Shown here piece after piece: positions 10,301 to 19,154 of a DNA stretch of 64,000 bases; the first letter of the stretch is position 1, and every line of letters begins with the position of its first letter. The translations under genes were made by a program, and so were the position numbers. Origin of the DNA: a virus; the IMG/VR virus record IMGVR_UViG_3300035670_000114, positions 1 through 64,000 of that record; one strand, 5' to 3'. The notes beneath the pieces are model-generated. The model saw only the letters and a list, made by a program, of their open reading frames with translations, did not search any database and had not been told where the DNA came from.

Positions 10301-10481
10301 CTCGTCTTCCGACAGCCAGGCCATCCGCGAGCTCGCCTCCGTCCAGGTCCACCAATCCCAACAGATCGGCAAACTAAGCCGCGCAGTCACCGACCTCGCC
10401 CACAAAGACTGGAACGTCAACGTGGGCCTCAACAGCAGGGACGACGCCGTCTACCTCCGCGCCCTCAATAGCCGACTCTGA
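4314..10481 (+). CDS. tail tape measure protein
   Basis: 2055 aa, helical/coiled-coil, QAFAKGKLQAEEL..Q tape-measure domain, C-terminal RFLGGPV..G..Y.VNEIGTEGF. Confidence 0.95.
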   Translation: MATPIEFEAVLNAAQLNKYLADLRANVEGTAKALNTSLGGTVTKRIALETVADESGARKLVAVEKERLSVVDKIIQAQKKLDKTETGSVINLSQAVNEAKQARNGIARLIQETDQYGNRVTKVNERWIAQNQRVRELSRELDRAGASNFWQRLKADLNIQGLASASNQLVQFTQGLQAVSIVVGQLSSTFNRFVNEAAEIQQFELAFKAIGAGAGAAFSSLRDAERIALGLGTNLDTVQSGFQQLSPVVLNVGGSMSDVSAITEALSSRFAAFGISGDRARRVMNGVIQAFAKGKLQAEELTQQISEADPAFKTDLAKSIGKTVQELEAMVKAGEVTTDVLIEFLPELSKADLLFGKLGPSATSAVDALASGNATIDQVRNNLQTLSQLNLRNLATIGQPIIEVFLRVQAVITDFLTRLSESGATSNIINVFSRISQSGVRLLESLLLIADGAVRVIGVITPFIDLFTRIPGVVELAGLALIGKLLGPLKSLQFGWTAQIAAIDKFRTAARRAFAGVQPPPIKPFDDFRREIGRPVTAGRVNFGDALNSAQAAANATTSTVSAAEQKIRNQYRATYTEFAKLQQQKTAAAAGGTAFPAKEEARLQRLQGRVRDLQLELRDFSSPRNQINLGADAQTRQVKNLTNQIDQLQARLKVQVLESQKAALAAAKGVSVPTLERAPVILTGDELNELRRINAEIDTLRDKLTAVPASSLLGNQLDDADALNRKITELTEKRDQLVGATTAAEDKIRKQYRATYTEFAKLQQQKADAATSGVAFSDREEARLQRLQRRTTNLQSQLRDLFTGGAESAARFGDSLEGSVSASYDRAIAASQAYASTVSSGASKTQVATSLNAALAASSEYYTETLGLANQRLKEYNASSTAVTQRIGELTQLQGRLSAQLASTSYGSADADRLRTQLKGVTQEISTLQSSQNNLQSSIQGTNQTISDINERLSQNQRAAATAAASTNRLGRAATRVGSAIDGAVGLAGKGIQGIAAALGPIGIALLAIGAATKLYSDGVARANAASKEFKDQTEALTRSLAELKGAQSTIAQAPPESALESFYAKIALGAAQVGDGVIGLGERIISFYNQVTSAIDGAIEKTGPLANVLRVVTSPLITFGLFNVFAGGDTEAASLTREVESVEKQIKKTIVQANLLINALSQDITPEGIKEGADERVNAAFGTLDTAITAIQKKIDDYNLSIKSNESAIKTLGDEYTATAAKLKELEAAREAGTLQPEDAPKIDQYKRRLQSLSEEQEKTRAKNVILSKSANELSTVYEALSKRYDALAQAAGRVQTKNKDQLNSLGQLEERYKSLKDSVSELDLTTPKGRSELRRITEEAAEVSLKIREIKESADLIEKIKIEAQVDEGIERGEIASSISNLQYQIQLLEGISATVDINSPELPDLIARLTRAKRDLDDLNGRRAQITLQVVQQGISSGEIPRTIANLEELQRLLSERQKAIDIDTTQGRNELNLLTQEAAELSVQLRAIKELASFSEAIAISIEIDKQITSGKLAESISNIETKVQSLESASASVDIKSPELPRIISELTKAGDRIDQLNGRKAQVTVEILQQGISTGEISNTVSNLERIQQGLQQQQRTVDIYSPQADTIAQQIEQNRRQQEFATKSNDEIERELQRERASQKQQDLQMEHDRQRQIIQERKQALQDELNRSKEIADARVKELQQLTFSERELARLRVQDLQKQAQGGGRRGLEARAQLERLARDEQIARIKEEQDRKEAQIQQKIRQEEAIERQLEKTFREQMLAIQQEMLKLERQKAGQQITAAEQTLEERRKAEEASKQATSADEQRLANLREQAGQWARQAASAKETASISKQIVDDTSRYPQALSNGADQADRFAESLKSSAGSAEMIAKYLRSVASLNGQSVNINVNQVPARFLGGPVSAGQTYQVNEIGTEGFLSSGGALREISRPRNSLWRAPSSGTVIPADIWSAIKAPDNAISVNPSPLRNSSKAISNSRVEQAVKVAIARSSSDSQAIRELASVQVHQSQQIGKLSRAVTDLAHKDWNVNVGLNSRDDAVYLRALNSRL
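6001..6721 (+). repeat. TMP internal repeat, about 60 aa x2, 543 nt period
   Basis: AAEQKIRNQYRATYTEFAKLQQQK vs AAEDKIRKQYRATYTEFAKLQQQK. Confidence 0.9.
8284..9140 (+). repeat. TMP internal repeat, about 140 aa x2
   Basis: VDINSPELP...LNGRRAQ...QQGISSGEI vs VDIKSPELP...LNGRKAQ...QQGISTGEI. Confidence 0.85.
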
Positions 10482-11230
10482 TGGCAGTCACGCTTGGAAC
10501 CGCAACATTTTCCAGGCTGACCGCCCAGCCCTTCGGCTACGAGGGCTCCGACATCCGCTCCGGCCTGAGCGCACGCCGCTGGTTGATTACCGGCCTCCTG
10601 ACCCCCTCCGAGTGGCTCACGCTACTCACTAACTACGACAACTGGCGCAACCTGCGCATCGACGACACACCCACCGAGGTCTCCCTCGCGGTCGGCACCA
10701 CAATCAACCTGACGGCCACCGGCCCCGGCGCCCAATCTTGGACCAACGTCCCTTGCTGGTTTTCGTCTGCCCCGGAGGCCTCTCAGCAGGGCGCCTACCT
10801 CAACGTCAGCGTCGAACTCGTTGACGCCAACCAGGCCCTGGCTGTCCTCGTCCGCAGCGCCGAGCGAGACGTCGAGCTCGAAGACCTCCCCAACTTCGGC
10901 ACCGTCACCGTCGGCACCACGACCTTGACCCTCCTGCGGCCGATGGAGTCCTACGGCCAGGGCCCCCAGCTCCAGCTAACGGCCTCCGGCGTCCACTACC
11001 TGAGCGGCCCCCTGGTCGTCGAACGCATCCGCGACATCGAGGGCACCACCAACGCCGCCGGCTGGGCCGCCATCCTGTCCTGGTACGAGTCGCAGATCGT
11101 CACGACCCCTGCTGCCGGCACCTGGTACCCCATCTCGATTCCAACCGTTCAGGCCTCTAACCGCATCTCCGACGGAGTCAAGAGCGTCCTCTACACCGTG
11201 TCGCTCCAACTCGGCCAGGTGATCGCATGA
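10481..11230 (+). CDS. distal tail (Dit-like) protein
   Basis: Directly after TMP; two similar halves. Confidence 0.5.
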   Translation: MAVTLGTATFSRLTAQPFGYEGSDIRSGLSARRWLITGLLTPSEWLTLLTNYDNWRNLRIDDTPTEVSLAVGTTINLTATGPGAQSWTNVPCWFSSAPEASQQGAYLNVSVELVDANQALAVLVRSAERDVELEDLPNFGTVTVGTTTLTLLRPMESYGQGPQLQLTASGVHYLSGPLVVERIRDIEGTTNAAGWAAILSWYESQIVTTPAAGTWYPISIPTVQASNRISDGVKSVLYTVSLQLGQVIA

Positions 11231-13272
11231 CCATAGACATTCGCGCCAACGTCCAGTCCACCCTGGGCCCAGTCATCAGCGCAAATATCAGCGACGACTA
11301 CATCCAGGGCAACGGCCTAATCAAGACCCGTGGCTCCTGCGTCATCGCCGGACTCGTCAACCCCAAAATCGGCACCCCCTTCAAGATCCGCTACACCAAA
11401 AACGGAATCACCAGGCAGATCCCCAGGACCCTGCGCATCCTGAGCTCCTTCGCCGACCCCTTCCGCCGCACCACCAGCCTCCAACTCGGCTGTAAGCTCA
11501 CCTACATGGAAGACCTGGCTGAGCCAATCAACTGGACGGCACTGCAGGACCAAGAGAAGAATTCTCAATACACAGCACAAGACGAAAAGAATATGGTTAT
11601 ACCAATCTACGCCTCTTCGATCATGGAGCGCTGCCTCGACATGATTGACGTAACCGCAACATCAATACCCCTGACAAGTATATTCAGTATTGCAGAATTT
11701 GACTTCAGCCCCGGCTATGTCCAGATCATAAACGATCTACTTGTCTCCGAAAACTACTGCGGCTACCTGGACCAGCAAGAGCGACTTGTTGTAATATCAT
11801 TAAATCAAGGAGGTGGCACCGGCCCTCTCATTTCTTCCTCGGACGTAATTGACATCGGCGAAATCAACGTTGGCCAAATACCAGGCGAAAGTGTCATCGT
11901 CAACTACTCAAGCTTCACGGCAACAGCACGCGACAATACCGCAATCGGCGAGGCCCCCGACGAAGAGTCCGACCCCTTCACCGGACTCGTCTCTAACGAG
12001 ACTTGGACCCGCTCAAGCGTCGCCATAAGCTACAAAAACAGACTCACCGGCGGCGAAGCCGTGCTAACCCAGGTATTCCCCGTCGTCAACGGTTCTCGCG
12101 AATCGACGGCCTACCAGGTATTTGATGTCATTGACAGGGACACAACCGGCAAGCGCTACCTGCAGGAAACCGAGCAACCATCTTACGAGTCTTCCGACTG
12201 GGAGCGGACATCCGTTCCTACAAACACCAAAAAAGTAAGTCTCGTAACAAGCAGAGAAATTACCGAATACTACTCCTACGTCTCCAAGCTTGGCGGCCTG
12301 GCAACCGACATGCTTTCGATCGGCGTGACGCCATCCAATGACATCTTGAGCGACTTTACCCGCGAGGAATTTTTTTACAACGAATTCGGCGAAGAATACC
12401 AACGAGTTTTGGAAAAAAGAACCAGCTTTACTAATCTTGCCGCATCCACCGGCCTAACAACCGTCTATGAATCAGAATTCGGCGGATCCTGGTCGAGAGC
12501 CATCCCCAGCACGGTTACCGTGCCCGCTGAAAAGATTGTCACTCAAACCTACAGATCCGGCAGATACTCAAAAATTGTAACAATCAAGTACATTCCCTGG
12601 CTTTACACTATATCCGGTCAGCAAGCCGTAGCCGCTGCGGCCGAATTCTGCGAAAGCGTCAACGATGTAACAACGATATGGAACGCAATTCTGGCACAAA
12701 GCGACAGGCTAATCCTGTCTGACACGAGCGTCGAGGTCCAGATAGGCGACCCCTCCTCACAGCAGGGCCCCAGCGACGCCGACCGAGTCAAGGGTAGCCT
12801 CGCCAGGCCCAACTCCGACCCATCTAGGGAATACACAAGGCCCGAGCAGGTCGAGATCGAGTTCGACCAACGCGGCCCCGCCGGCTACGAAACGACAAGC
12901 CAGGGCAGCGTGCAGCTCGTATCTGGCAGCGCCGAGGCCAAGCGCAGGGTCGAATTTTCGATGCCCTACGCGCCAGATGACAGCTTCTACAAGCTCGGCC
13001 TGACCTACTACCTCAAGTCCGGCGACGCCCCCGCGAAAGCAAAGCTTTTCGGCCTCGTCCAGAACCGCCTCCTCCTCGGCAACCGCAACGGCATCAACAT
13101 CCAAACGGCCCCCGAAAAGCTCCCCTCCGCACCTTTTAGCCCCCTCTACATCAACATGGCCGGGACCGCCGCCCTCTACCGAACCAACGGCACCTCCTGG
13201 ACCATCGACGGCAACGGCGTCATCGTCTCAACCGACGCCCTCTATTGGGGCCTAGCAGGTAAGCTCCAATGA
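11227..13272 (+). CDS. tail tip/hub protein
   Basis: 681 aa, second gene after TMP, AT-richer central section. Confidence 0.55.
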   Translation: MTIDIRANVQSTLGPVISANISDDYIQGNGLIKTRGSCVIAGLVNPKIGTPFKIRYTKNGITRQIPRTLRILSSFADPFRRTTSLQLGCKLTYMEDLAEPINWTALQDQEKNSQYTAQDEKNMVIPIYASSIMERCLDMIDVTATSIPLTSIFSIAEFDFSPGYVQIINDLLVSENYCGYLDQQERLVVISLNQGGGTGPLISSSDVIDIGEINVGQIPGESVIVNYSSFTATARDNTAIGEAPDEESDPFTGLVSNETWTRSSVAISYKNRLTGGEAVLTQVFPVVNGSRESTAYQVFDVIDRDTTGKRYLQETEQPSYESSDWERTSVPTNTKKVSLVTSREITEYYSYVSKLGGLATDMLSIGVTPSNDILSDFTREEFFYNEFGEEYQRVLEKRTSFTNLAASTGLTTVYESEFGGSWSRAIPSTVTVPAEKIVTQTYRSGRYSKIVTIKYIPWLYTISGQQAVAAAAEFCESVNDVTTIWNAILAQSDRLILSDTSVEVQIGDPSSQQGPSDADRVKGSLARPNSDPSREYTRPEQVEIEFDQRGPAGYETTSQGSVQLVSGSAEAKRRVEFSMPYAPDDSFYKLGLTYYLKSGDAPAKAKLFGLVQNRLLLGNRNGINIQTAPEKLPSAPFSPLYINMAGTAALYRTNGTSWTIDGNGVIVSTDALYWGLAGKLQ

Positions 13273-14627
13273 CCGACGTCATTACCACCGTCGTCCAGGT
13301 TTCGATCGCCGCCGGCCAGGCGAAGATCTACAACGGCCGCCTGCGCGTCCCGCCTCGACCGATCTCGGTCCTCCCCCTCCCTCCGAAGGTCCAGCCCAAC
13401 CAGGTCCAGGTTCCTGCAGCGGTTATCTCGACGGCAACCCCCAGCGCCGACGTCCTGCAGTCCTGCGTCCTCCTCAAGCCAATCCCCACGCCGACCCCAG
13501 GGCTCGACCCCATCGTCGACGAGGGAATCATTACGCCGGCCGCCCCGGGGGTCACCTACGCCTCACTAGAGACAATCACTGCGATTGTTGACACGTCCCC
13601 CAACCAGCTAATCGGCTGCATCAACGACGCAAGCGAGAACACCCAAAACCGTCTGAACCTCCTCTTCCCGTCCGCCATCGAAGGTGACGGCGTCGTCGAC
13701 CGCACCAGCACCGACATCTACGTCCTCAGAAGCTCCGTCTGGACGAACGTGGGCCCCACGCCAGGCCCTACCATCGTCTCGACCAACCTGGTGCCACCCT
13801 GGAACCAGATCGTCCCCCTCTACATCACCGTAAGGACGGCCACCTCAATCACCTCGATCGACTACTCGCTGGATCTCCAGACGATCGTCCCGAGCATCAC
13901 AACCCGGGGCTCCATCTTCGTCGAAAGTCGCACCGCAACCGTCGCTCGCTGTCCCTCGATCGGCCTCGATCTCGCTGTCTTCGAGCCCCGAGTCGCCATC
14001 GGCGGCGCCGCCATCTCGCCTGCGGCCCCCGTCCCCCTCACCACCCCCGCGCCCTCCATCAAGGCGGCCTCGATCGCCTACCCGGCGGCCTTCCCCATCG
14101 TCCTATCGACGCACGTCCCGATCGTACCCCGCCTGTCGACGGTCACCACCCCCGACGCACCCGCCGACATCTCGATCTCGACCCTGCCGCCATCCATCAC
14201 CGGCGGCAAGTCCTTCAACATTCCGCCTGCAGTCGTCGCGACCACGCCCCCCGTTCCCGAGATCTCGGCCGCCATCGTCGTCAACGTCCCCCTCACGACA
14301 ATCACCCCGTCGGCCGTCACCCCCCTCGTCGGCGTCAGCGCCACCACCAAGCCTCCAGCCGCTCAAACCACAACGACACCCATCACCCCAGTCCTCCAGA
14401 CGGGCGCCGCCGCCTACCCGCCGGCCGTCCAGATCACCACGACCCCCCGCTTACCCGACGCCCCGCGTCCCGCCACCAAGGTCGAGGTACCCCTCATCGT
14501 GGTCACCACAACTGCTCTCCCGCCCTCGTCCATGGTTGTCGACGAGCTCGCCAACTACTACCGCTCCTGGCCATTCCAGAACTACGACTGGCTGGCGGAC
14601 ATCATGCCCGAAGGCTGGGCGAACTAG
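13269..14627 (+). CDS. Pro/Thr-rich tail protein
   Basis: 452 aa with repeated P/T/V-rich segments; tail context. Confidence 0.5.
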   Translation: MTDVITTVVQVSIAAGQAKIYNGRLRVPPRPISVLPLPPKVQPNQVQVPAAVISTATPSADVLQSCVLLKPIPTPTPGLDPIVDEGIITPAAPGVTYASLETITAIVDTSPNQLIGCINDASENTQNRLNLLFPSAIEGDGVVDRTSTDIYVLRSSVWTNVGPTPGPTIVSTNLVPPWNQIVPLYITVRTATSITSIDYSLDLQTIVPSITTRGSIFVESRTATVARCPSIGLDLAVFEPRVAIGGAAISPAAPVPLTTPAPSIKAASIAYPAAFPIVLSTHVPIVPRLSTVTTPDAPADISISTLPPSITGGKSFNIPPAVVATTPPVPEISAAIVVNVPLTTITPSAVTPLVGVSATTKPPAAQTTTTPITPVLQTGAAAYPPAVQITTTPRLPDAPRPATKVEVPLIVVTTTALPPSSMVVDELANYYRSWPFQNYDWLADIMPEGWAN

Positions 14628-14635
14628 GCACACTA
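14627..14635 (+). promoter_or_regulatory. putative late promoter GGCACACTA
   Basis: 19 nt before ATG. Confidence 0.6.
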
Positions 14636-14654
14636 TCGGCACGAGTCGTCACCC

Positions 14655-15011
14655 ATGGCAGCACCGAACCTACGAGAACCGGCCGGCGTCTACGGCAACA
14701 CGGAGGGCTACGCGGTCTCCGACAGCCTGGCCGTCACGCTGTCGAACGCTGCTGCCAGCAACAAGGCCTTCAAGGTCACCACCGTTCGCGCCTGCAACGT
14801 CACCTCAAGCTCGGCAACCATCTCGGTCTCGATCTACCGTGGCACCACGCACCGCTACCTCGTCAAGGGCGTCTCCGTTGACGCCGGCGCCTCACTGATC
14901 ATCACCACCCGCGAGGACTACCTCTACCTGGAGGAGGGCGACGCCATCTACGCGCAGTCCTCCGTCAACAACGCCTTCGACCTCACCATCGCCTTCGAGG
15001 AAATCTCCTAA
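14655..15011 (+). CDS. virion structural protein
   Basis: Beta-rich 118 aa, YLEEGDAI motif. Confidence 0.55.
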   Translation: MAAPNLREPAGVYGNTEGYAVSDSLAVTLSNAAASNKAFKVTTVRACNVTSSSATISVSIYRGTTHRYLVKGVSVDAGASLIITTREDYLYLEEGDAIYAQSSVNNAFDLTIAFEEIS

Positions 15012-15907
15012 TGGCCGTCGTCACCTCCGCCTGGTCAACTATAGTCAACCAGAACTGGGCCAGTCCGACCTGGTCTACCGACGACCCAAGCTACAAGCTC
15101 GACGTTCAGTTGACGAACTGGATCAACGCAATCAACGACACGTCGGTAATCGAAAAAATCTTCGACCCAGGCCAGGCTACATCCAGAGATACGAGTGCCA
15201 AAGTTTATTGGCTCCTCAGGGCGAGGTCAGACGGAGATACTTCCTCTGACTATGGAATCTATTTCTTCGGCAGAAATGGCGGTACCTCTCTTCAGGATTC
15301 CGACTCTGGAACTTACTACCAACGCTCGGCCTCTTCAGAAAATCTTGGTGGAGGAACTTTCCAACGCAATGCAAGCAGCAGTTTATCAAATATAAGCTTT
15401 ACTTCGCCAAGGTCTCACTTCACTGCATACGAAGCCGCCGGCACGCTTCCTTGGTTCGCCTATTCGACTGTTTTGAGCGACGGAAATGGAGTCACCCATC
15501 TGCTTGCGCGAGTTTCGACTGCCGGAATGACCACTGGTAGCTACTATCCTGCGAGCGGATTAGGGAAATGGGTTTATATTGCAGACAGTAGCGCCCTACA
15601 GTCAGGTTACATCTACACGCCTCAGTCCAGGATAAATACTCCTTATATCGGAATCCCGTCATCCAGTTGGTCCAGGAACATTGTGGCCCCCTCCCCGTCA
15701 CCCGGCTATGGCTCGAACTACTTTTTTTCCATGCCTGCCATGTATGCTCCAAATCATTTCATAGGACAAGCAAGTCAGGATATTCTTGTCACAACTTCAT
15801 CCTCGGGGGGCTGGGGTGATACCACTACCTTTAATGGGATAACCTATACATGCCTAAGGGCACATACGGGTAGCAGCTCGCCGGTGACCTGGGTTAGGAC
15901 AAGTTAA
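15011..15907 (+). CDS. variable tail/receptor-binding protein
   Basis: Ser/Gly/aromatic-rich; low-GC core. Confidence 0.45.
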   Translation: MAVVTSAWSTIVNQNWASPTWSTDDPSYKLDVQLTNWINAINDTSVIEKIFDPGQATSRDTSAKVYWLLRARSDGDTSSDYGIYFFGRNGGTSLQDSDSGTYYQRSASSENLGGGTFQRNASSSLSNISFTSPRSHFTAYEAAGTLPWFAYSTVLSDGNGVTHLLARVSTAGMTTGSYYPASGLGKWVYIADSSALQSGYIYTPQSRINTPYIGIPSSSWSRNIVAPSPSPGYGSNYFFSMPAMYAPNHFIGQASQDILVTTSSSGGWGDTTTFNGITYTCLRAHTGSSSPVTWVRTS

Positions 15908-16138
15908 ATGGCGGAAATCATCAGCCTCGGCCTCTCCTCGGCGTCCGAATCAGCTTCAATCTTCTCCGAACTTAACGGCGTAGAGCTTTTGACCACAGCC
16001 TCAGACCAGGCTCTCACTTATGAGATGGACGCAAATGCCTACGCCCCCATCTGGCAAAACCCCGCCTTCCAAGAAAGACCCTACCACCCCATCACCCCCT
16101 CCTGGCGACGCCCCCGCACCGTCGTGACCAACACCTAG
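15908..16138 (+). CDS. hypothetical protein
   Basis: 76-aa ORF abutting upstream stop. Confidence 0.45.
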   Translation: MAEIISLGLSSASESASIFSELNGVELLTTASDQALTYEMDANAYAPIWQNPAFQERPYHPITPSWRRPRTVVTNT

Positions 16139-16148
16139 CGCCGTTATT

Positions 16149-16157
16149 GGCATCCTA
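16149..16157 (+). promoter_or_regulatory. putative late promoter GGCATCCTA
   Basis: 20 nt before ATG. Confidence 0.6.
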
Positions 16158-16177
16158 ACGCGCAGCACACAAAGGCC

Positions 16178-16612
16178 ATGGCCGTCACCGTCTCCCTGTT
16201 CAACCACTCCGCCAAGCGCTTCGCTGACGGATCCAACTTGGTTACGGACTTTTACAAAATCAATCTTTACTCGGCCTTCACCTTCGACGCCACGGCCACC
16301 ACCTTGGCTGCGGCCCAAACCGGCGCCACCCAGCTCCCCAACGCCTTCGGCTATAGCCAGGACTTCAAACTCCTGACCTCCGTAACTGTCACTCAGACCG
16401 GTAACGACGCCGCCTTCGACGCCGCCGACGTCACCTGGACCGCCACGGGCGGCCAGATCGCCGCAGCTCACGCCCTTGTCTATAACGTCAACGACGACGG
16501 CAACCCGCCGCTGCTCTACATCAACTTCGGTGAAACCAAGACCGCCGACGACGGCACCGACTTCAAGATCATTTGGGATGCCGCCGGCATCGTAACCTTC
16601 ACCGTCGCCTAA
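16178..16612 (+). CDS. tail structural protein
   Basis: FDAADVTWTATGG..., YINFGETKTA.DGTDFKIIW pattern. Confidence 0.6.
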   Translation: MAVTVSLFNHSAKRFADGSNLVTDFYKINLYSAFTFDATATTLAAAQTGATQLPNAFGYSQDFKLLTSVTVTQTGNDAAFDAADVTWTATGGQIAAAHALVYNVNDDGNPPLLYINFGETKTADDGTDFKIIWDAAGIVTFTVA

Positions 16613-16616
16613 GGCA

Positions 16617-17018
16617 GTGGCAATCTCGCCCGTCGTCAGCCCCAAGGAGCTTGAGCGCCAGGCGCAGCTCGCCCTTGAGGGCCGCACCCTCTACGTGATG
16701 CTCTGCAACCCCAGTGTCACCGGCCTGGGGCCCGAGACCCCCGTCTCAACCTGGCAGACGCACGAAATCAGCGGCGGCGGCTACTCGCGCTTCTCGGCTG
16801 TGATTCAACCCGGCACCTACTCAACTATCTCGGGCTCCTACGAGTTCCCCGAAATCGTCGCCGAATTCAGCGCCACGGGCGGTCTGTCATTCACTAACGT
16901 CATTCTTTACATCGACAACTCGACGTATCCGCATACCGTGGGCACCGAGAACCCCAACATTGTCCTGCTCCCCGGTCAAACTCAAACCTACAAGATCAAT
17001 CTGCGCTACAACGACTAA
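16617..17018 (+). CDS. tail structural protein
   Basis: EISGGGYSR, FSATGG pattern resembling the previous gene. Confidence 0.55.
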   Translation: MAISPVVSPKELERQAQLALEGRTLYVMLCNPSVTGLGPETPVSTWQTHEISGGGYSRFSAVIQPGTYSTISGSYEFPEIVAEFSATGGLSFTNVILYIDNSTYPHTVGTENPNIVLLPGQTQTYKINLRYND

Positions 17019-17977
17019 TGGCGCTGAACGTCAACATCAACGTCCAAGCCGAGTCCCTGCGCTCGACCGACAGCCAGCTCCGCCAAGCCCAGCGTCACGA
17101 CCTATCCCGCAAGACCGACCAGGTCAAGACGGCCGAAAAGGCCTCAAAGCTTATTCTACCGCAATCCCAGCAAAACCCCAAGACCCCACCAAACACCAGA
17201 CCCTCGCCTTCCTCAACAGCCAACCCCAAGTCACCAACCAACTCCTCGGGCAACTCCCTGGTCCTGACGCCCACCGCGTCCTCCTACACCTCACCTATCC
17301 AAAGACCTCAGCGAGTCTCTCAGCAACTTTCCGCGAGGCGCAAGGATGGCGGGGAGTTCGATTTCGCTGTATTCCTATCCGAGAGTAATTTCTTAGATGG
17401 AGAGTCTGGTGCCAACAGGTCTGTGCAGTATCAGCTAGGAAACTACGTGCGCATTTCCGGGGAATCCCTTGAGACGACTCCAGCGGATTACTATTCCTTG
17501 CAATCTCCGGCCTGGAAAGTTCCCATATTTGATAAAGAAAATAAAGTAATTCAAGTAAGACTTGATTGGGAAAAAAGCCAAAACTGCGGAGGTAGAAATA
17601 ATTTTATTCAGTCAGCCTCGACTAAGGTCGCGATTGTCGCGCAAAAAAAAATGACCATAAAGGCTAGGGTAGACGGAAAGGGGGAGAAGCAGTCCAGGAA
17701 CTTCGAGGTAATGATTGTTTATCTGAGTGGTCGGAGTGGGACGACACGGCCGCTGCTGGAGAGTACGTCCCCCGGAGGACTGCTTGGCTGCGTTCCTGGA
17801 GGCGCGGTGATCTATAGAGCAAATACTGACGGTTTGAATTTATCGGTCAACGAAAGCGTGGCAACTTTTGATGTGTCAATACCAAAAGCAGGCTTATTCT
17901 TCTTGAATTTCTTTTTTAGTACCGTGGATAGTCTTTTCCATATTGATTGTTACTACGACATTACTTTGGAATTTTGA
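17018..17977 (+). CDS. tail-associated protein with low-GC C-terminal domain
   Basis: C-rich N-terminus and linker, AT-rich from about 17380. Confidence 0.5.
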   Translation: MALNVNINVQAESLRSTDSQLRQAQRHDLSRKTDQVKTAEKASKLILPQSQQNPKTPPNTRPSPSSTANPKSPTNSSGNSLVLTPTASSYTSPIQRPQRVSQQLSARRKDGGEFDFAVFLSESNFLDGESGANRSVQYQLGNYVRISGESLETTPADYYSLQSPAWKVPIFDKENKVIQVRLDWEKSQNCGGRNNFIQSASTKVAIVAQKKMTIKARVDGKGEKQSRNFEVMIVYLSGRSGTTRPLLESTSPGGLLGCVPGGAVIYRANTDGLNLSVNESVATFDVSIPKAGLFFLNFFFSTVDSLFHIDCYYDITLEF

Positions 17978-18019
17978 AATTCGTGCCAAAGGTATTATAT
18001 GGACAGAATCACCTCACCC

Positions 18020-18136
18020 ATGATCCAACCCCTCTCCCAATCCGCCAAAGCCCAAACCCAAGCCAACCGCTACGCCTTCCTCGTCCAAGCCAGCAACAAG
18101 CGCCTCCTCGAACAGCTCCTAAAGAAGGTTAAGTAG
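18020..18136 (+). CDS. 38-aa helical microprotein (not in ORF track)
   Basis: MIQPLSQSAKAQTQANRY...KKVK*; late-type motif 20 nt upstream. Confidence 0.45.
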   Translation: MIQPLSQSAKAQTQANRYAFLVQASNKRLLEQLLKKVK

Positions 18137-18144
18137 GTATCCTA
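18136..18144 (+). promoter_or_regulatory. putative late promoter GGTATCCTA
   Basis: 30 nt before scaffold. Confidence 0.6.
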
Positions 18145-18174
18145 CTCCGCAACCCGGGTGAGACACCCCTTCGC

Positions 18175-18939
18175 ATGGCCACCGACAACCAATCCCAGCA
18201 GCCCTCCGTGACGGACGGCCCCTCCGACGAAGCCCTCAACCAAGGCGGCGCAGGCAGCGGCGAGAACACCGAGCCCACCGGAGACCTGGTCCCCAAGTCC
18301 GAAATCGACAACCTCCTCAAGGCCCTCAAGGCTGAACGGGAGTCCCGCAAACAATTCGAGCGCGACGCCCGCGAGAAGGCCGCCCAGCTCGAAAAGTTCG
18401 CCCAGATCAACCCCGACGAATACCGCCGCCTCCAGGAAGAGGCCGCCATCGCCGAGCGCGAGCGCCTGGCAGCCGAGGAGCGCACCTCCCTCCTTGAGGA
18501 GAAGTACGGCGCCCAGACCGCCGAAGCCAAGCGCCTCGCCGAGCAGCGCGAAGCCGAACTGCGCGAGTTCCGCAAGCGCTATGCCCTCGAAAAGGTCTTC
18601 TTCGAGGCCGGCGGCCGAACCGACGCCGCCGAAGGCGTCTCCTTCTTCGACATGCTGGCCGACCGCCTGGGCCCCAGCTTCCGCCTGGAAGCCAACGGCT
18701 CCATCACCGTAATCGACTCCAACGGCGATCCCGTGCTCGACAGCGACACCGGCAAGCGCATCGCCCCCGTTGACTACCTCTCGAAGTTCAAGACCCACAC
18801 CATCTACGGCACCTTCTTCAAGGGCGCCCGTGGTTCTGGCGCCGGCATCGGCTTTGGCGGCACCGACGCCAACGGCCTGACCGCCGAAAACTTCTCCGAA
18901 CTGCCGACCGACGAGCAGTTCGAGCAAGCCTTCGGCTAA
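18175..18939 (+). CDS. capsid scaffolding protein
   Basis: LKALKAERESRK coiled coil, C-terminal GSGAG; directly upstream of capsid. Confidence 0.8.
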   Translation: MATDNQSQQPSVTDGPSDEALNQGGAGSGENTEPTGDLVPKSEIDNLLKALKAERESRKQFERDAREKAAQLEKFAQINPDEYRRLQEEAAIAERERLAAEERTSLLEEKYGAQTAEAKRLAEQREAELREFRKRYALEKVFFEAGGRTDAAEGVSFFDMLADRLGPSFRLEANGSITVIDSNGDPVLDSDTGKRIAPVDYLSKFKTHTIYGTFFKGARGSGAGIGFGGTDANGLTAENFSELPTDEQFEQAFG

Positions 18940-18966
18940 CCACCCGCCACCCAACCAGTCACAAAC

Positions 18967-18989
18967 AAGAGGGGGCGACCCCTCTTTTT
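18967..18989 (+). terminator. intrinsic terminator
   Basis: AAGAGGGG-GCGA-CCCCTCTT-TTT. Confidence 0.85.
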
Positions 18990-19020
18990 GCTGCCAATTC
19001 CGGCTCAAAAAAGTTCAATA

Positions 19021-19029
19021 GGTATCCTA
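19021..19029 (+). promoter_or_regulatory. putative late promoter GGTATCCTA
   Basis: After terminator, 125 nt before capsid. Confidence 0.65.
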
Positions 19030-19154
19030 TCGACGAGGAGATGCCCTGAAGTCCCAGGTCGAGATGACCGGATCAGACGGGTGTCGGGCCACGGATGACG
19101 CGAAGTCTACCTGGTCATTCACCCACTCTTTCCCGTTTACTCGGACATCCTATC

